Source of the DNA: Fidelibacterota bacterium
GTDB lineage: Bacteria > Fidelibacterota > Marinisomatia > Marinisomatales > TCS56
NCBI GenBank assembly: GCA_043822705.1
Contig: JBDRBK010000115.1
Span: 1-64,000 of the forward strand
Reading direction: 5' to 3'
Length of the DNA: 64,000 bases
Shown piece by piece: positions 20,006 through 28,674 of this stretch. Positions within the stretch are counted from its first letter, which is position 1, and each line of letters begins with the position of its first letter. The notes beneath the pieces were generated by a model. The model was not told where the DNA came from. It made no database searches and was given only the letters and a program-made list of their open reading frames with translations. The position numbers and the translations under genes are program-made.

Positions 20006-21733
20006 TTGGAGAATGGAATGGTAGTGGGGAATATGGCAGATAGATGCTGTAGAAAGATTTTAAAACTATTCATTAACGTACTGGTATTAATTATCTGGAC
20101 ACTACATTGCGCGCCGTCGCAGGTACTTCCTGAGTATCATAACATATCAAAAGATTTCACAAAAACAGTAAGTTTGAATTATCTGATTTATACTCCCCCG
20201 AATTACCGGCCCAATGAATCCTGGCCGGTCCTTTTTTATCTGACTGGTTTAGAGGGTACGGAGGATATCAACGCGATAAGAAATTATGGTCCGCCGAAGA
20301 TGGTGGAATCGGGATTGGTATATGATTATTTTATCATTGCACCGCAGTTACCAGGCGATGTTCACTGGGACCCGGATGCACTTAATGCCCTTTTAAGTAA
20401 ATTGAGAAGCACTTACAATTTGGATGATTCGCGTTTTTACATCACCGGGATAGGTGATCGTGGCGGTTGGGGCGTTTATGAGTTCTGCGTCAGTTATCCT
20501 GGCACATTCCACCGTTTGGCGCCCGTCAGTGCAACGGCCTGCACGGAAATCTGCAGGATTGGGAATGCATCCACCTGGATTTTTCAGGGTGCCCTGGATG
20601 ATATCGTCCCCGTGGCAGATGCTGAGAATATGGCTTATGAATTAGACTATTATTGTGAAACCGAAAATCAGTTGACCTTATTTGACAGTTTGGGACATGA
20701 GATTTGGGACCAGGCCTATTCTGAGGAAGGTTTTTGGGAGTGGTTGGTCGGATCGCCACCTTCATTCGGGGCGGGTTCTGCTCAGGCAAGCATAACAGAA
20801 TTTTCTACTGAAATAACAAAAGAGATCGATGATAATTACCTGCTGTATCTTCCGGCAAGCTATGACAGTACAGCTGAAGATTGGCCGCTGGTTGTTTTTC
20901 TCCATGGTGCCGGCAGTGCAATCTATAATATTGATAACATACGACAGGCCGGTCCTCCCATGTTGTACGAGCAGGGGATGGATTCAGATTTTGTACTGGT
21001 GTGTCCTCAACTATATGACGATGTGCACTGGGATGTCGATCGACTCTATGTTTTAACTAAACATATCCTGGATACCTACCGAATTGATGAAAGTCGTATT
21101 TATCTGACTGGTCTTAGTCGGGGTGGCTTTGGAACCTGGGAATTTGCAGTCAGCTACCCGGAACTTTTTGCTGCCGTAGTTCCCATATCCGCACGGGATG
21201 TGCCGGGCGTGGAACGGTTGAAGGATTCCAATGTATGGGTTTTTCATGGTGCCCTGGATGATGGCGTACCGTGGCAGGGTGCTCAGTTCATGTACAATCG
21301 ACTACTAAATGTTGATGCCAATGTTAAGCTGACCATGTATGCGAATGTGGGACATTGGGCCTGGATTCCGGCCTATGAAACAGATAGTCTCTGGACTTGG
21401 ATACTGGCGCAGCAAAGCGATTATGTCGTAGTCATAGATGAACCAATATACAGCCATGTCTTCAGTCTGGATGTTAACTATCCCAATCCGTTTAATCCGA
21501 CTACGACAATTGGCTACAACCTGCAGAGCGAATCATCAATCAATTTATCCGTTTACGATGTAGCCGGTCGTCTAATAACAACGTTGATTAATGATCACCA
21601 ATCTGCCGGTAGATATGAAATATTGTGGAATGGACGGGATATTTCCGGAAATCCAGTCAGTTCGGGTGTCTACTTCTACCAGTTATCAACAGGTGATTAT
21701 GTCCAAACCAGGAAGATGCTGTTGTTGAAATAG
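20006..21733 (+). CDS. Secreted tandem alpha/beta-hydrolase (esterase/peptidase-like) with FlgD/T9SS C-terminal domain
   Basis: Two homologous domains; 'VVFLHGAG', 'YLTGLSRGG', 'WVFHGALD'; 'NYPNPFNP...RKMLLLK'. Confidence 0.8.
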   Translation: MENGMVVGNMADRCCRKILKLFINVLVLIIWTLHCAPSQVLPEYHNISKDFTKTVSLNYLIYTPPNYRPNESWPVLFYLTGLEGTEDINAIRNYGPPKMVESGLVYDYFIIAPQLPGDVHWDPDALNALLSKLRSTYNLDDSRFYITGIGDRGGWGVYEFCVSYPGTFHRLAPVSATACTEICRIGNASTWIFQGALDDIVPVADAENMAYELDYYCETENQLTLFDSLGHEIWDQAYSEEGFWEWLVGSPPSFGAGSAQASITEFSTEITKEIDDNYLLYLPASYDSTAEDWPLVVFLHGAGSAIYNIDNIRQAGPPMLYEQGMDSDFVLVCPQLYDDVHWDVDRLYVLTKHILDTYRIDESRIYLTGLSRGGFGTWEFAVSYPELFAAVVPISARDVPGVERLKDSNVWVFHGALDDGVPWQGAQFMYNRLLNVDANVKLTMYANVGHWAWIPAYETDSLWTWILAQQSDYVVVIDEPIYSHVFSLDVNYPNPFNPTTTIGYNLQSESSINLSVYDVAGRLITTLINDHQSAGRYEILWNGRDISGNPVSSGVYFYQLSTGDYVQTRKMLLLK

Positions 21734-21773
21734 ATTTTGAAGGTTCCCATCATGTACTAATACATCTCACGTA

Positions 21774-22550
21774 TTAAATATGTTGGCCCCCCAAATAAAT
21801 ATCTCTGACCTGACGATTGTTAATAAGCTGATCTTTGGTTCCGCTCAATGCCATTTCCCCAATATCAAAAACATAGGCGCGATGGCACATTTCCAGCGCC
21901 ATCCGGGCGTTTTGTTCGACCAGTAAAATGCTTGTACCGGTTTGATTAATTTCAAGCAATTTATCGAAGACCTGTTCAATATAATTTGGCGACAGACCGA
22001 GTGATGGCTCATCCAGTAACAAAAGCTTTGGCTCCAACATCAGTGCTCTACCGATCGCCAGTTGCTGTTGTTCGCCGCCTGAAAGCGTACCGGCTTTTTG
22101 TTTTAAACGTTCTTTTAAAACCGGGAACAATCCCAGGACCACAGCTATTTTTTCCGCTGTCAAATATTTCTTACTCTTTGCTCCCTGCTCTTTGCTCCCT
22201 GCTAATAAATACCCGCCCATTTCAAGGTTATCGGCGACTGTCATGGTTGCGAACACCCGTCGGCCTTCGGGCACCAGTGATAACCCGATTCTGACCAGTT
22301 CGTGCGTTTTTCTTCCGGCAATATTTTGTCCGTTAAAGACTATCTCACCTGATTTGATACTGCCGTTGAATTCACTCAGCATTCCACAGACAGCCTTCAA
22401 TGCCGTCGATTTACCGGCCCCGTTGGGACCGATCATGGCGACTATTTCACCGGCATTGACTGCGAAATTCACATTGGTCAGCGCCGGAACCTGCCCATAG
22501 TAAACGGATAAATTGGTGACGGAAAGCAGCATTTGTGCTGGCTCAGTCAT
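21774..22550 (-). CDS. livF: Branched-chain amino acid-type ABC ATPase (LivF-like)
   Basis: GPNGAGKS, 'VPEGRRVF', LSGGEQQ, 'LLDEPSLGL'. Confidence 0.9.
   Translation of the reverse strand: MTEPAQMLLSVTNLSVYYGQVPALTNVNFAVNAGEIVAMIGPNGAGKSTALKAVCGMLSEFNGSIKSGEIVFNGQNIAGRKTHELVRIGLSLVPEGRRVFATMTVADNLEMGGYLLAGSKEQGAKSKKYLTAEKIAVVLGLFPVLKERLKQKAGTLSGGEQQQLAIGRALMLEPKLLLLDEPSLGLSPNYIEQVFDKLLEINQTGTSILLVEQNARMALEMCHRAYVFDIGEMALSGTKDQLINNRQVRDIYLGGQHI
22169..22203. repeat. Five 7-bp tandem units (tcttact/ctttgct/ccctgct) inside livF
   Basis: Read directly from the sequence; encodes the 'GSKEQGAKSKK' insert. Confidence 0.75.
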
Positions 22551-23322
22551 TAGTGGGGCCTTCCAGGGAGTGTATTTTTCCAAGATAGGCAGTCAACACA
22601 GCTTCGTTCTGCTGAATTGCCGCTGGTGTCTCATCGGCAATCTTCCGTCCATGGTTTAATACAATCACACGGTCGGCAATATCCATTACCACATCCATAT
22701 CGTGAGAGATAAATAAAACGGTTTTACCTTTATCCCGGATATTTTCAATATGCTCTTTCATTTGCTTCACCATCGTCGGAGAAAGGCCGGCGAATGGTTC
22801 ATCAAGCAACAATAATTCCGGGTCCAGCGCCAGCGCGCGCGCCAGTTCCAACAATCGTCTTTGTCCGTGAGACATTTGCTCGGCAAAGACAGCTTGTTTA
22901 TCCAGCAGACCGACGAAATTCAGTAATCCCCGGGCCTTTTCGATATTTACCGATTCCTCCTGCAACATGTTTTTCGCCCGGATTATCGCCGGCCATAATT
23001 TTTCACCACGGGGATATTTCAAAGCCAGTAATACATTATCCAGAACGGAAATTTGCGGAAACAGACGAATATTCTGAAAGGTTCGACCGATTCCACTGCG
23101 GGCGATGATAAATGGTTTTAATCCGGTCAAGTTTAACCGTTTGAAAATCACTTCACCCTCATTGGGCTTCAGAAAGCCCGATATGATATTAAAGGCGGTT
23201 GTTTTGCCGGAGCCATTGGGACCGATCAATGCGGTGATTTGTCCCGGTTGGATTTTTAAAGACAGTCCGGCCAGGGCATTGACGCCGTCGAAGCGTTTGG
23301 AGATGTTATTTAGTTCCAGCAT
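22543..23322 (-). CDS. livG: Branched-chain amino acid-type ABC ATPase (LivG-like)
   Basis: GPNGSGKT, 'GIGRTFQNIRLF', 'LLDEPFAGL'. Confidence 0.9.
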   Translation of the reverse strand: MLELNNISKRFDGVNALAGLSLKIQPGQITALIGPNGSGKTTAFNIISGFLKPNEGEVIFKRLNLTGLKPFIIARSGIGRTFQNIRLFPQISVLDNVLLALKYPRGEKLWPAIIRAKNMLQEESVNIEKARGLLNFVGLLDKQAVFAEQMSHGQRRLLELARALALDPELLLLDEPFAGLSPTMVKQMKEHIENIRDKGKTVLFISHDMDVVMDIADRVIVLNHGRKIADETPAAIQQNEAVLTAYLGKIHSLEGPTND

Positions 23323-24191
23323 TACCGAAACTGGAATTTTCCCAAAATACCCTGGGGACGTTTAAGCATTAACAGTACCAGCAGCAGGCCGTAGATCATC
23401 TGCCGCAGTGGCGCGGCGATCGAACTGGGTAAACCTAAAAAGCGCAATAATTCCGGTAAGATTACTAGTACGGCGGCGCCGATAAACGAACCCCGCAAAC
23501 TACCCATCCCGCCGAAGACCACCATTAGCAGGATCGTGATTGATTCCATGACGGTGAAACTGGAAGGATCGATAAAGGTGATATAATGGGCGTACAGGCT
23601 GCCGGCGATCCCGGCGAAGAAAGCGCCGATGACAAATACTAGGATTTTGTGCCGGTTTACATCCTTGCCCAGCGCCTGAACGGCGATTTCATCTTCCCGG
23701 ATTCCACGTAAAATTCGGCCAAAGGGCGAATCGACAATCCGTCGGATTATGAAATAAGTCAGGAAGACGAAAACCGCCACCAGCAGCAGATACGACCAGA
23801 TCGAGTTCAATTGATAGCCGAAAATCGAAAAACCGGGTATACCTGGTAATCCCATGGGGCCTCGAGTAAGCGATACCCAGTTCTTGGCGATATTGTAAAC
23901 AATCACCCCCGAACCGAAGGTGGCGATGGCCAGGTAATCGCCTTTTAAACGCAGGGCCGGCATTGCGATAACAATTCCGAATAAACCGGCGAAAACCGCA
24001 CCGATGAGCAGTCCGATCCAGGGTGATAAACCATAATTTAATGCCAGCAGAGTAGAAGTATAGGCGCCGACGGCCGAAAAAGCCGCATGCCCCATCGCCG
24101 GCAGACCGGTAAAACCCACTACCAGGTTAAGGCTTAAAGCCAGAATAATGTATATCCCGGTGATTACTAATATGTGGAGGAGGTATTCCAT
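23322..24191 (-). CDS. livM: Branched-chain amino acid-type ABC permease (LivM-like)
   Basis: 'LRLKGDYLAIAT', 'SPFGRILRGIREDE', 'GGMGSLRG'. Confidence 0.9.
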   Translation of the reverse strand: MEYLLHILVITGIYIILALSLNLVVGFTGLPAMGHAAFSAVGAYTSTLLALNYGLSPWIGLLIGAVFAGLFGIVIAMPALRLKGDYLAIATFGSGVIVYNIAKNWVSLTRGPMGLPGIPGFSIFGYQLNSIWSYLLLVAVFVFLTYFIIRRIVDSPFGRILRGIREDEIAVQALGKDVNRHKILVFVIGAFFAGIAGSLYAHYITFIDPSSFTVMESITILLMVVFGGMGSLRGSFIGAAVLVILPELLRFLGLPSSIAAPLRQMIYGLLLVLLMLKRPQGILGKFQFR

Positions 24192-24661
24192 TAGGACTCA
24201 TCCCCCCGCCTGCGTGCCTTCGGCGGGCAGGCGGGCCCCTTCTCTCTCGAGAGAAGGGGAGAATAGGTTTTCCCATCTATTTTTTTAAGAGAGGGATTAG
24301 GGGTGAGTTCGATAAAATCACCAAGTCTTTTTAAAACCTGATCCAGCTTATTTAATATATCATGATTACTAAAGCGGATTACTTTATATTCCAAATTATT
24401 CAGAATTACCGTACGCAGTGTATCGTAATCCTTCTGTTGTTCATGTACACCACCATCAATTTCTACTATCAACTGTAATTGGTGACAATAGAAATCGGCA
24501 ATGAAGATGCGTTTATCAGTATCATATTCGAACAGGATCGGATACTGACGATTGAATTTCAATCCCCGAAATTGCCGGTTGCGCACCGTTTGCCAGAAAG
24601 CTTTTTCGGCTGGCGTGCTTCTTTTACGCAAATCACGGCAGGTTTGGGTGATGTTAGGCAT
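24191..24661 (-). CDS. DUF559 (Vsr-like) endonuclease
   Basis: 'LRKRSTPAE', 'KFNRQYPI', 'ADFYC', 'VEIDGGVH', 'KVIRFSN'; the tail is translated repeat sequence. Confidence 0.9.
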   Translation of the reverse strand: MPNITQTCRDLRKRSTPAEKAFWQTVRNRQFRGLKFNRQYPILFEYDTDKRIFIADFYCHQLQLIVEIDGGVHEQQKDYDTLRTVILNNLEYKVIRFSNHDILNKLDQVLKRLGDFIELTPNPSLKKIDGKTYSPLLSREKGPACPPKARRRGDES

Positions 24662-24973
24662 GACTCATTCCCCTGATTGCACTTATCCCCATACCCCTTC
24701 TCTCAAGAGAGAAGAGGCTAAAGTGCATTCCCCTCTCTTCATAGAGAGGGGTTCGGTGTGAGTTCAATAAACCACTAGTGTGATAATATTTCAAGAGAAA
24801 TCGATGATCAATTCTTTTTTCTGAATATTGAAGAAATGCACCTTTGATAATATGCCAGATCATTAAATTCTTTATATACCGGATTGCACTCATCCCCATA
24901 CCCTTTCTCTCAACAGTGAAGGGGAAATGACAAGTTCCCCTCTCTTCATAGAGAGGGGTTAGGTGTGAGTTCA
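24196..24973. repeat. Three copies of a ~90-115 bp double-hairpin module (24196-24310, 24675-24766, 24882-24973)
   Basis: Shared frame act(c/t)atcccc...tctctc...ttccc...agagaggg...gtgagttc. Confidence 0.85.
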
Positions 24974-25852
24974 TCACAACCGCTCCTTCTCCACCTTAAC
25001 TCCCATTATCCCGCCCGGCCTCAACAGCAGAAAGATAATTAAAATACCGAAGGCGATGGCATCTTTCCAACCGGATTGGATTTTCCATATCCCCAGGTTT
25101 TCCGCCAGGCCCAGAAAGTACCCCCCCAACACCGCCCCGGGGATACTACCGATCCCGCCGATGATCGAAGCAATTATCCCTTTCAGGATGGCATTGAAAC
25201 CCATGGTCGGTTCCAGGTTGGTCTCGTAGGAGATCAAAATCCCTGCCATCGCCGCCAGGGCCGAACCGATGGCAAAGGCGATCATAATGGTTTTTTCGGG
25301 ATCGATGCCCACCACCCCGGCCGCCAGCGGATCGTCAGACACCGCCCGCATGGCCTTGCCGATTTTAGCGGACTGTACAAACCACCATACCAGTAAAAAT
25401 AAAACGATGCTGATGACCAAAATAATTATCTGAATGTCGGTGATTACCGCTCCAAGAATATGGTGCCCTTCTTTGATTTCACCGGTGCGAATGCTGAGTA
25501 TTTGGGCACCGTAAATCAATTGAATCAGGTTCTGCAGGAAAACGAACACCCCGAAGGACGCCAACAGAAAAATAAGGTTTGATGCTTTCTTTTTTCGCAG
25601 GGGTGCATAAACCAGGCAGTCGATACCGATTCCAATAATTGTAGTGATGACAATCGAAATAATTAAGCTGATAATAAAAGGAAATTCTAATGTTCGAATT
25701 AATGTATACGCCAGGTAAGCCCCGATTGTATAAACAACACCATGGGCGAAATGGAAGAAATTGACAGTGCGGTAAATCAGGGTAAAGCCAATGGCGATCA
25801 GGGAGTAGATGGAGCCAGCAATGAGACCGTTTGCTATAAGTTGATTAATCAT
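24974..25852 (-). CDS. livH: Branched-chain amino acid-type ABC permease (LivH-like)
   Basis: 'NGLIAGSIYSLIAIGFTLIY', 'FAHG', 'GKAMRAVSDD', 'GGIGSIPGA'. Confidence 0.9.
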   Translation of the reverse strand: MINQLIANGLIAGSIYSLIAIGFTLIYRTVNFFHFAHGVVYTIGAYLAYTLIRTLEFPFIISLIISIVITTIIGIGIDCLVYAPLRKKKASNLIFLLASFGVFVFLQNLIQLIYGAQILSIRTGEIKEGHHILGAVITDIQIIILVISIVLFLLVWWFVQSAKIGKAMRAVSDDPLAAGVVGIDPEKTIMIAFAIGSALAAMAGILISYETNLEPTMGFNAILKGIIASIIGGIGSIPGAVLGGYFLGLAENLGIWKIQSGWKDAIAFGILIIFLLLRPGGIMGVKVEKERL

Positions 25853-26046
25853 AATTTACCATTGCTACTGATTTCCAATCATTAAATGGAAACGTTATAT
25901 CCTTAGCTTGCAGAGATTTTATGAATGGTTGTCTTATAAAATATGTAAATCCTTGAAGAGTCTTCATAACCATAAGTCTGATAGAGGGGGTATCCATTTA
26001 ACTTTTATGTTAACATCCAATGATTAATGGAACTCCTCAGTACTTT

Positions 26047-26212
26047 TCTATCCAGCTATTCTTTTATAAGCAGACACCGTTATCTTGGGGCTGCAGGATC
26101 GTAATTTTACGCTGACTAGGGTGGGGTGCATTCTGTGTATAGCAGATATTAGTAGTTACTGGTACTGCAGTTAAGTGGACAGCACTATTCCCACGATATG
26201 ATTTTGGATAGA
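26047..26212 (-). ncRNA. Predicted IS110 bridge RNA/seekRNA with target-binding and donor-binding loops
   Basis: Two internal loops, each around a GCAG/CTGC stem, carry four segments matching the target and donor flanks; RNA ends are approximate. Confidence 0.8.
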
Positions 26213-26213
26213 G

Positions 26214-27284
26214 TTAAGCGATTCCGACCTCATAGTTTGTTTCGTTAAGTAGTACGAAGCGTATGCGCCGTAGCAGTTTTCGAGCGATACGAATGATGGC
26301 ACGATTACCATTCATACGATTGGTTAAGTTTTGGTAGGTACTTATTAATCCCGGATCATTCCTTAATGCTGCCCAGCTGTTCTCGATCAACAAGGTCTTT
26401 AGTATTCGGTTGCCTCTAGTGTCGATTCCGAAGACGTTCTGTTTTTCACCGCTGGATTTTTCTCTTGGGATAAGACCAATATAGCAAGCTAATTGATCAA
26501 TAGACTGGAACCGATTAATATCCACCAATTCAGTCAACCAGGTCATAGCGCTAATAATACCAATACCAGGGATGGTTATTAAGTGTTTAACCTGCTGGCG
26601 ATACCGGTCATTTTTGGCGAGCTCACGGATTTTACTGTCAATAGCGAGTTCCTGTTGGTTAAAAAACCGGTATTGATCAATCAGATTAAGTAATGAATCT
26701 GTCCCTGTACTTGAGTGCATTCGATCAGGATCACTGGCCCAGTCGAGAAAAGCTTTGGACCAACAACGGCCTTGATAGCAGTCCGGTGTCTTGACGCCAT
26801 GGAAGCGCAGCAGGCTTTTAATACGGTTCTTTGTTCGGGTTTTATCTTTAATCAACCTCAAACGCTGGCGCATCAGAGCACGATCTTCCCTGGCAGTAAT
26901 GGATGGTATATAAACAGAGTTTAGCTCACCGTTCTTCAGGCTTTTGGCAATCCGTCTACTATCACGTGGATCCGACTTATGGCGTTTATCCTTATCAGTA
27001 ATGGGAATATCAGCGGGGTGTATGACATGACAATCAATGCCCAGTGACTCCAGATGATCATGTACCCAAAACCCATTGTAACCAGCTTCATATGCAACAT
27101 GATAATCTGCTCCAGGAAAGTTGCGTTTGAGATATGTCACAAGCTTATCTGGTTCCGGTGGCTGATTAAATGTTTTATGTTCAAACTGCTCAGTATGGAT
27201 GCTGACAGACCAACTCTTATTATGAACATCGATTCCAACAAAAATAGATTGACCGGTGAAATCCAATCGTTTATTTTGCACCAT
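26214..27284 (-). CDS. IS110-family recombinase/transposase
   Basis: DEDD RuvC-like motifs 'FVGIDVH', 'YEAG', 'KSDPRDS'; 'TIPGIG'; C-terminal 'GLIPREKSSG' serine motif. Confidence 0.95.
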   Translation of the reverse strand: MVQNKRLDFTGQSIFVGIDVHNKSWSVSIHTEQFEHKTFNQPPEPDKLVTYLKRNFPGADYHVAYEAGYNGFWVHDHLESLGIDCHVIHPADIPITDKDKRHKSDPRDSRRIAKSLKNGELNSVYIPSITAREDRALMRQRLRLIKDKTRTKNRIKSLLRFHGVKTPDCYQGRCWSKAFLDWASDPDRMHSSTGTDSLLNLIDQYRFFNQQELAIDSKIRELAKNDRYRQQVKHLITIPGIGIISAMTWLTELVDINRFQSIDQLACYIGLIPREKSSGEKQNVFGIDTRGNRILKTLLIENSWAALRNDPGLISTYQNLTNRMNGNRAIIRIARKLLRRIRFVLLNETNYEVGIA

Positions 27285-27343
27285 AATAGGGTTCCTCTTG
27301 TTATTGCGATGATAACGTAAGTTATCACTTGAGGAGCCCTATT
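27285..27343 (-). promoter_or_regulatory. Leader hairpin that pairs the transposase ribosome-binding site
   Basis: aatagggttcctc (27285-27297) / gaggagccctatt (27331-27343) are a 12/13 inverted match; inner stem tgataac/gttatca; abuts the ATG. Confidence 0.65.
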
Positions 27344-27384
27344 TCTATGCTGTTAAACATACGATCTGTGTAAATGGTATTTTG

Positions 27385-28602
27385 TCAGTCATTGTGAACC
27401 ATTCGATCTTCAAACAGAATGGCAAAGTGATTCATGGCCTCTTTCCAGTTTTGTATGGGCATGGTCCACTTTTTACTGGCATTTTCCAAGGCTAAATATA
27501 ATATTTTAAAGATCGCATCGTCATTAGGGAATGAGCCCCGGGTTTTGGTCACCTTCCTCAGCGACATGTTCAAGGACTCAATCGCATTGGTGGTATATAT
27601 TGCTCTTCGTATCCCTTCCGGGTAGCCGAAGAATGGAGTCAACCGCTCCCAGTTGTTACTCCAGGATTTACTAACGGTAGGATGAGTTTTGTCCCACTTC
27701 TGAGCAAAGGTATCCAGATTCTCACGGGCCTCTTCAGCTGTGCCGGCACTGTAGATGGTCTTCAGATCATCGGCCATCTCTTTTCGCTGTTTCCACGATA
27801 CATACTTTAAGGAATGACGGATCATATGAACAATACAGAGCTGAACCTGAGTATCAGGGTAAACCGTCTCAATAGCATCAGGAAAACCCTTTAATCCATC
27901 GACGCTGGCAATGAAAATATCGTTTAGGCCTCTGTTCTTTAACTCTGTCAATACACCCAGCCAGAACTTGGCTCCTTCAGTCTTGGCGATCCACATACCC
28001 AGAACATCCTTGATACCTTCCACATTGATACCAATGGCCAGGTAGACAGCTAAATTGGCAATATGTCCTTCTGAGCGTCCTTTAATACGAATAGCGTCCA
28101 GATAGACAATCGGGGACAGTGGGTCAAGCGGCCGGTTCTGCCAGGCTCTAACCTCAGCAAGTACTGCATCTGTTACTTTGGATACCAGAGAGGGAGATAC
28201 TTCTACTCCATAAATATCTTTCAGCTGCGCTTGAATATCACGAGTGGTCATTCCCCGGGCGTACATAGCTATAATTTTATCATCAAAACCATCAAAGCGG
28301 GTCTGACGTTTTTTGATCAGCTGGGGTTCGTAGGTACCGTTACGATCACGGGGTACATCGACTGGGATTTCGCCCAGATCGCCTTTGAGAACTTTATGGC
28401 CTTTTCCGTTACGGGAGTTACCGGTATTATTACCTGTCTGTGAATGAGGAGGATAACCCAGATGATCGGTCATCTCTCCTTCAAGGGCACGCTCTACAAT
28501 GATCTTGGTCAGTTGCTTCAATAAACCGTCTTTACCAAGAATATCTTCTGGACTATCGCAGTCTTTTAATAATTCATCTATCAATTCATCTTTTCTGGTC
28601 AT
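27385..28602 (-). CDS. IS256-family (Mutator-like) DDE transposase
   Basis: 'NSRNG', 'VPRDRNG', 'MYARGMTTRDI', 'VYLDAI', 'DGLKGF', 'QLCIVH', 'IYTTNAIES'. Confidence 0.97.
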   Translation of the reverse strand: MTRKDELIDELLKDCDSPEDILGKDGLLKQLTKIIVERALEGEMTDHLGYPPHSQTGNNTGNSRNGKGHKVLKGDLGEIPVDVPRDRNGTYEPQLIKKRQTRFDGFDDKIIAMYARGMTTRDIQAQLKDIYGVEVSPSLVSKVTDAVLAEVRAWQNRPLDPLSPIVYLDAIRIKGRSEGHIANLAVYLAIGINVEGIKDVLGMWIAKTEGAKFWLGVLTELKNRGLNDIFIASVDGLKGFPDAIETVYPDTQVQLCIVHMIRHSLKYVSWKQRKEMADDLKTIYSAGTAEEARENLDTFAQKWDKTHPTVSKSWSNNWERLTPFFGYPEGIRRAIYTTNAIESLNMSLRKVTKTRGSFPNDDAIFKILYLALENASKKWTMPIQNWKEAMNHFAILFEDRMVHND

Positions 28603-28674
28603 CGTTAACTCCTTTTTTTGACTCTGAGTTTATTTTATCGATAACCATTTACACACTTAGAAATACACCCTCAG

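Larger units (their letters stand above)
26002..27367 (-). mobile_element. IS110-family element (IS1111-like layout, long 3' non-coding end) with the CT core duplicated at both junctions
   Basis: Junctions atttaa-CT-tttatg (26002-26003) and tacgat-CT-gtgtaa (27366-27367); imperfect subterminal IR tatgttaaca (26006-26015) / tgttaaacata (27351-27361). Confidence 0.85.
25986..28672 (-). mobile_element. IS256-family element whose downstream inverted repeat is split by the IS110 insertion
   Basis: IR at 28644-28672 (reverse complement gagggtgtatttctaagtgtgtaaatggt); the other IR rebuilds from 25986-26003 + 27368-27378 as gggggtatccatttaactgtgtaaatggt (22/29 identical); no target duplication seen. 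Confidence 0.8.

Noticed and set aside
24654..24977. 107-aa ORF as a real protein
   Set aside because: Mostly translation of two repeat copies (TPLYEERG twice); may only serve translational coupling
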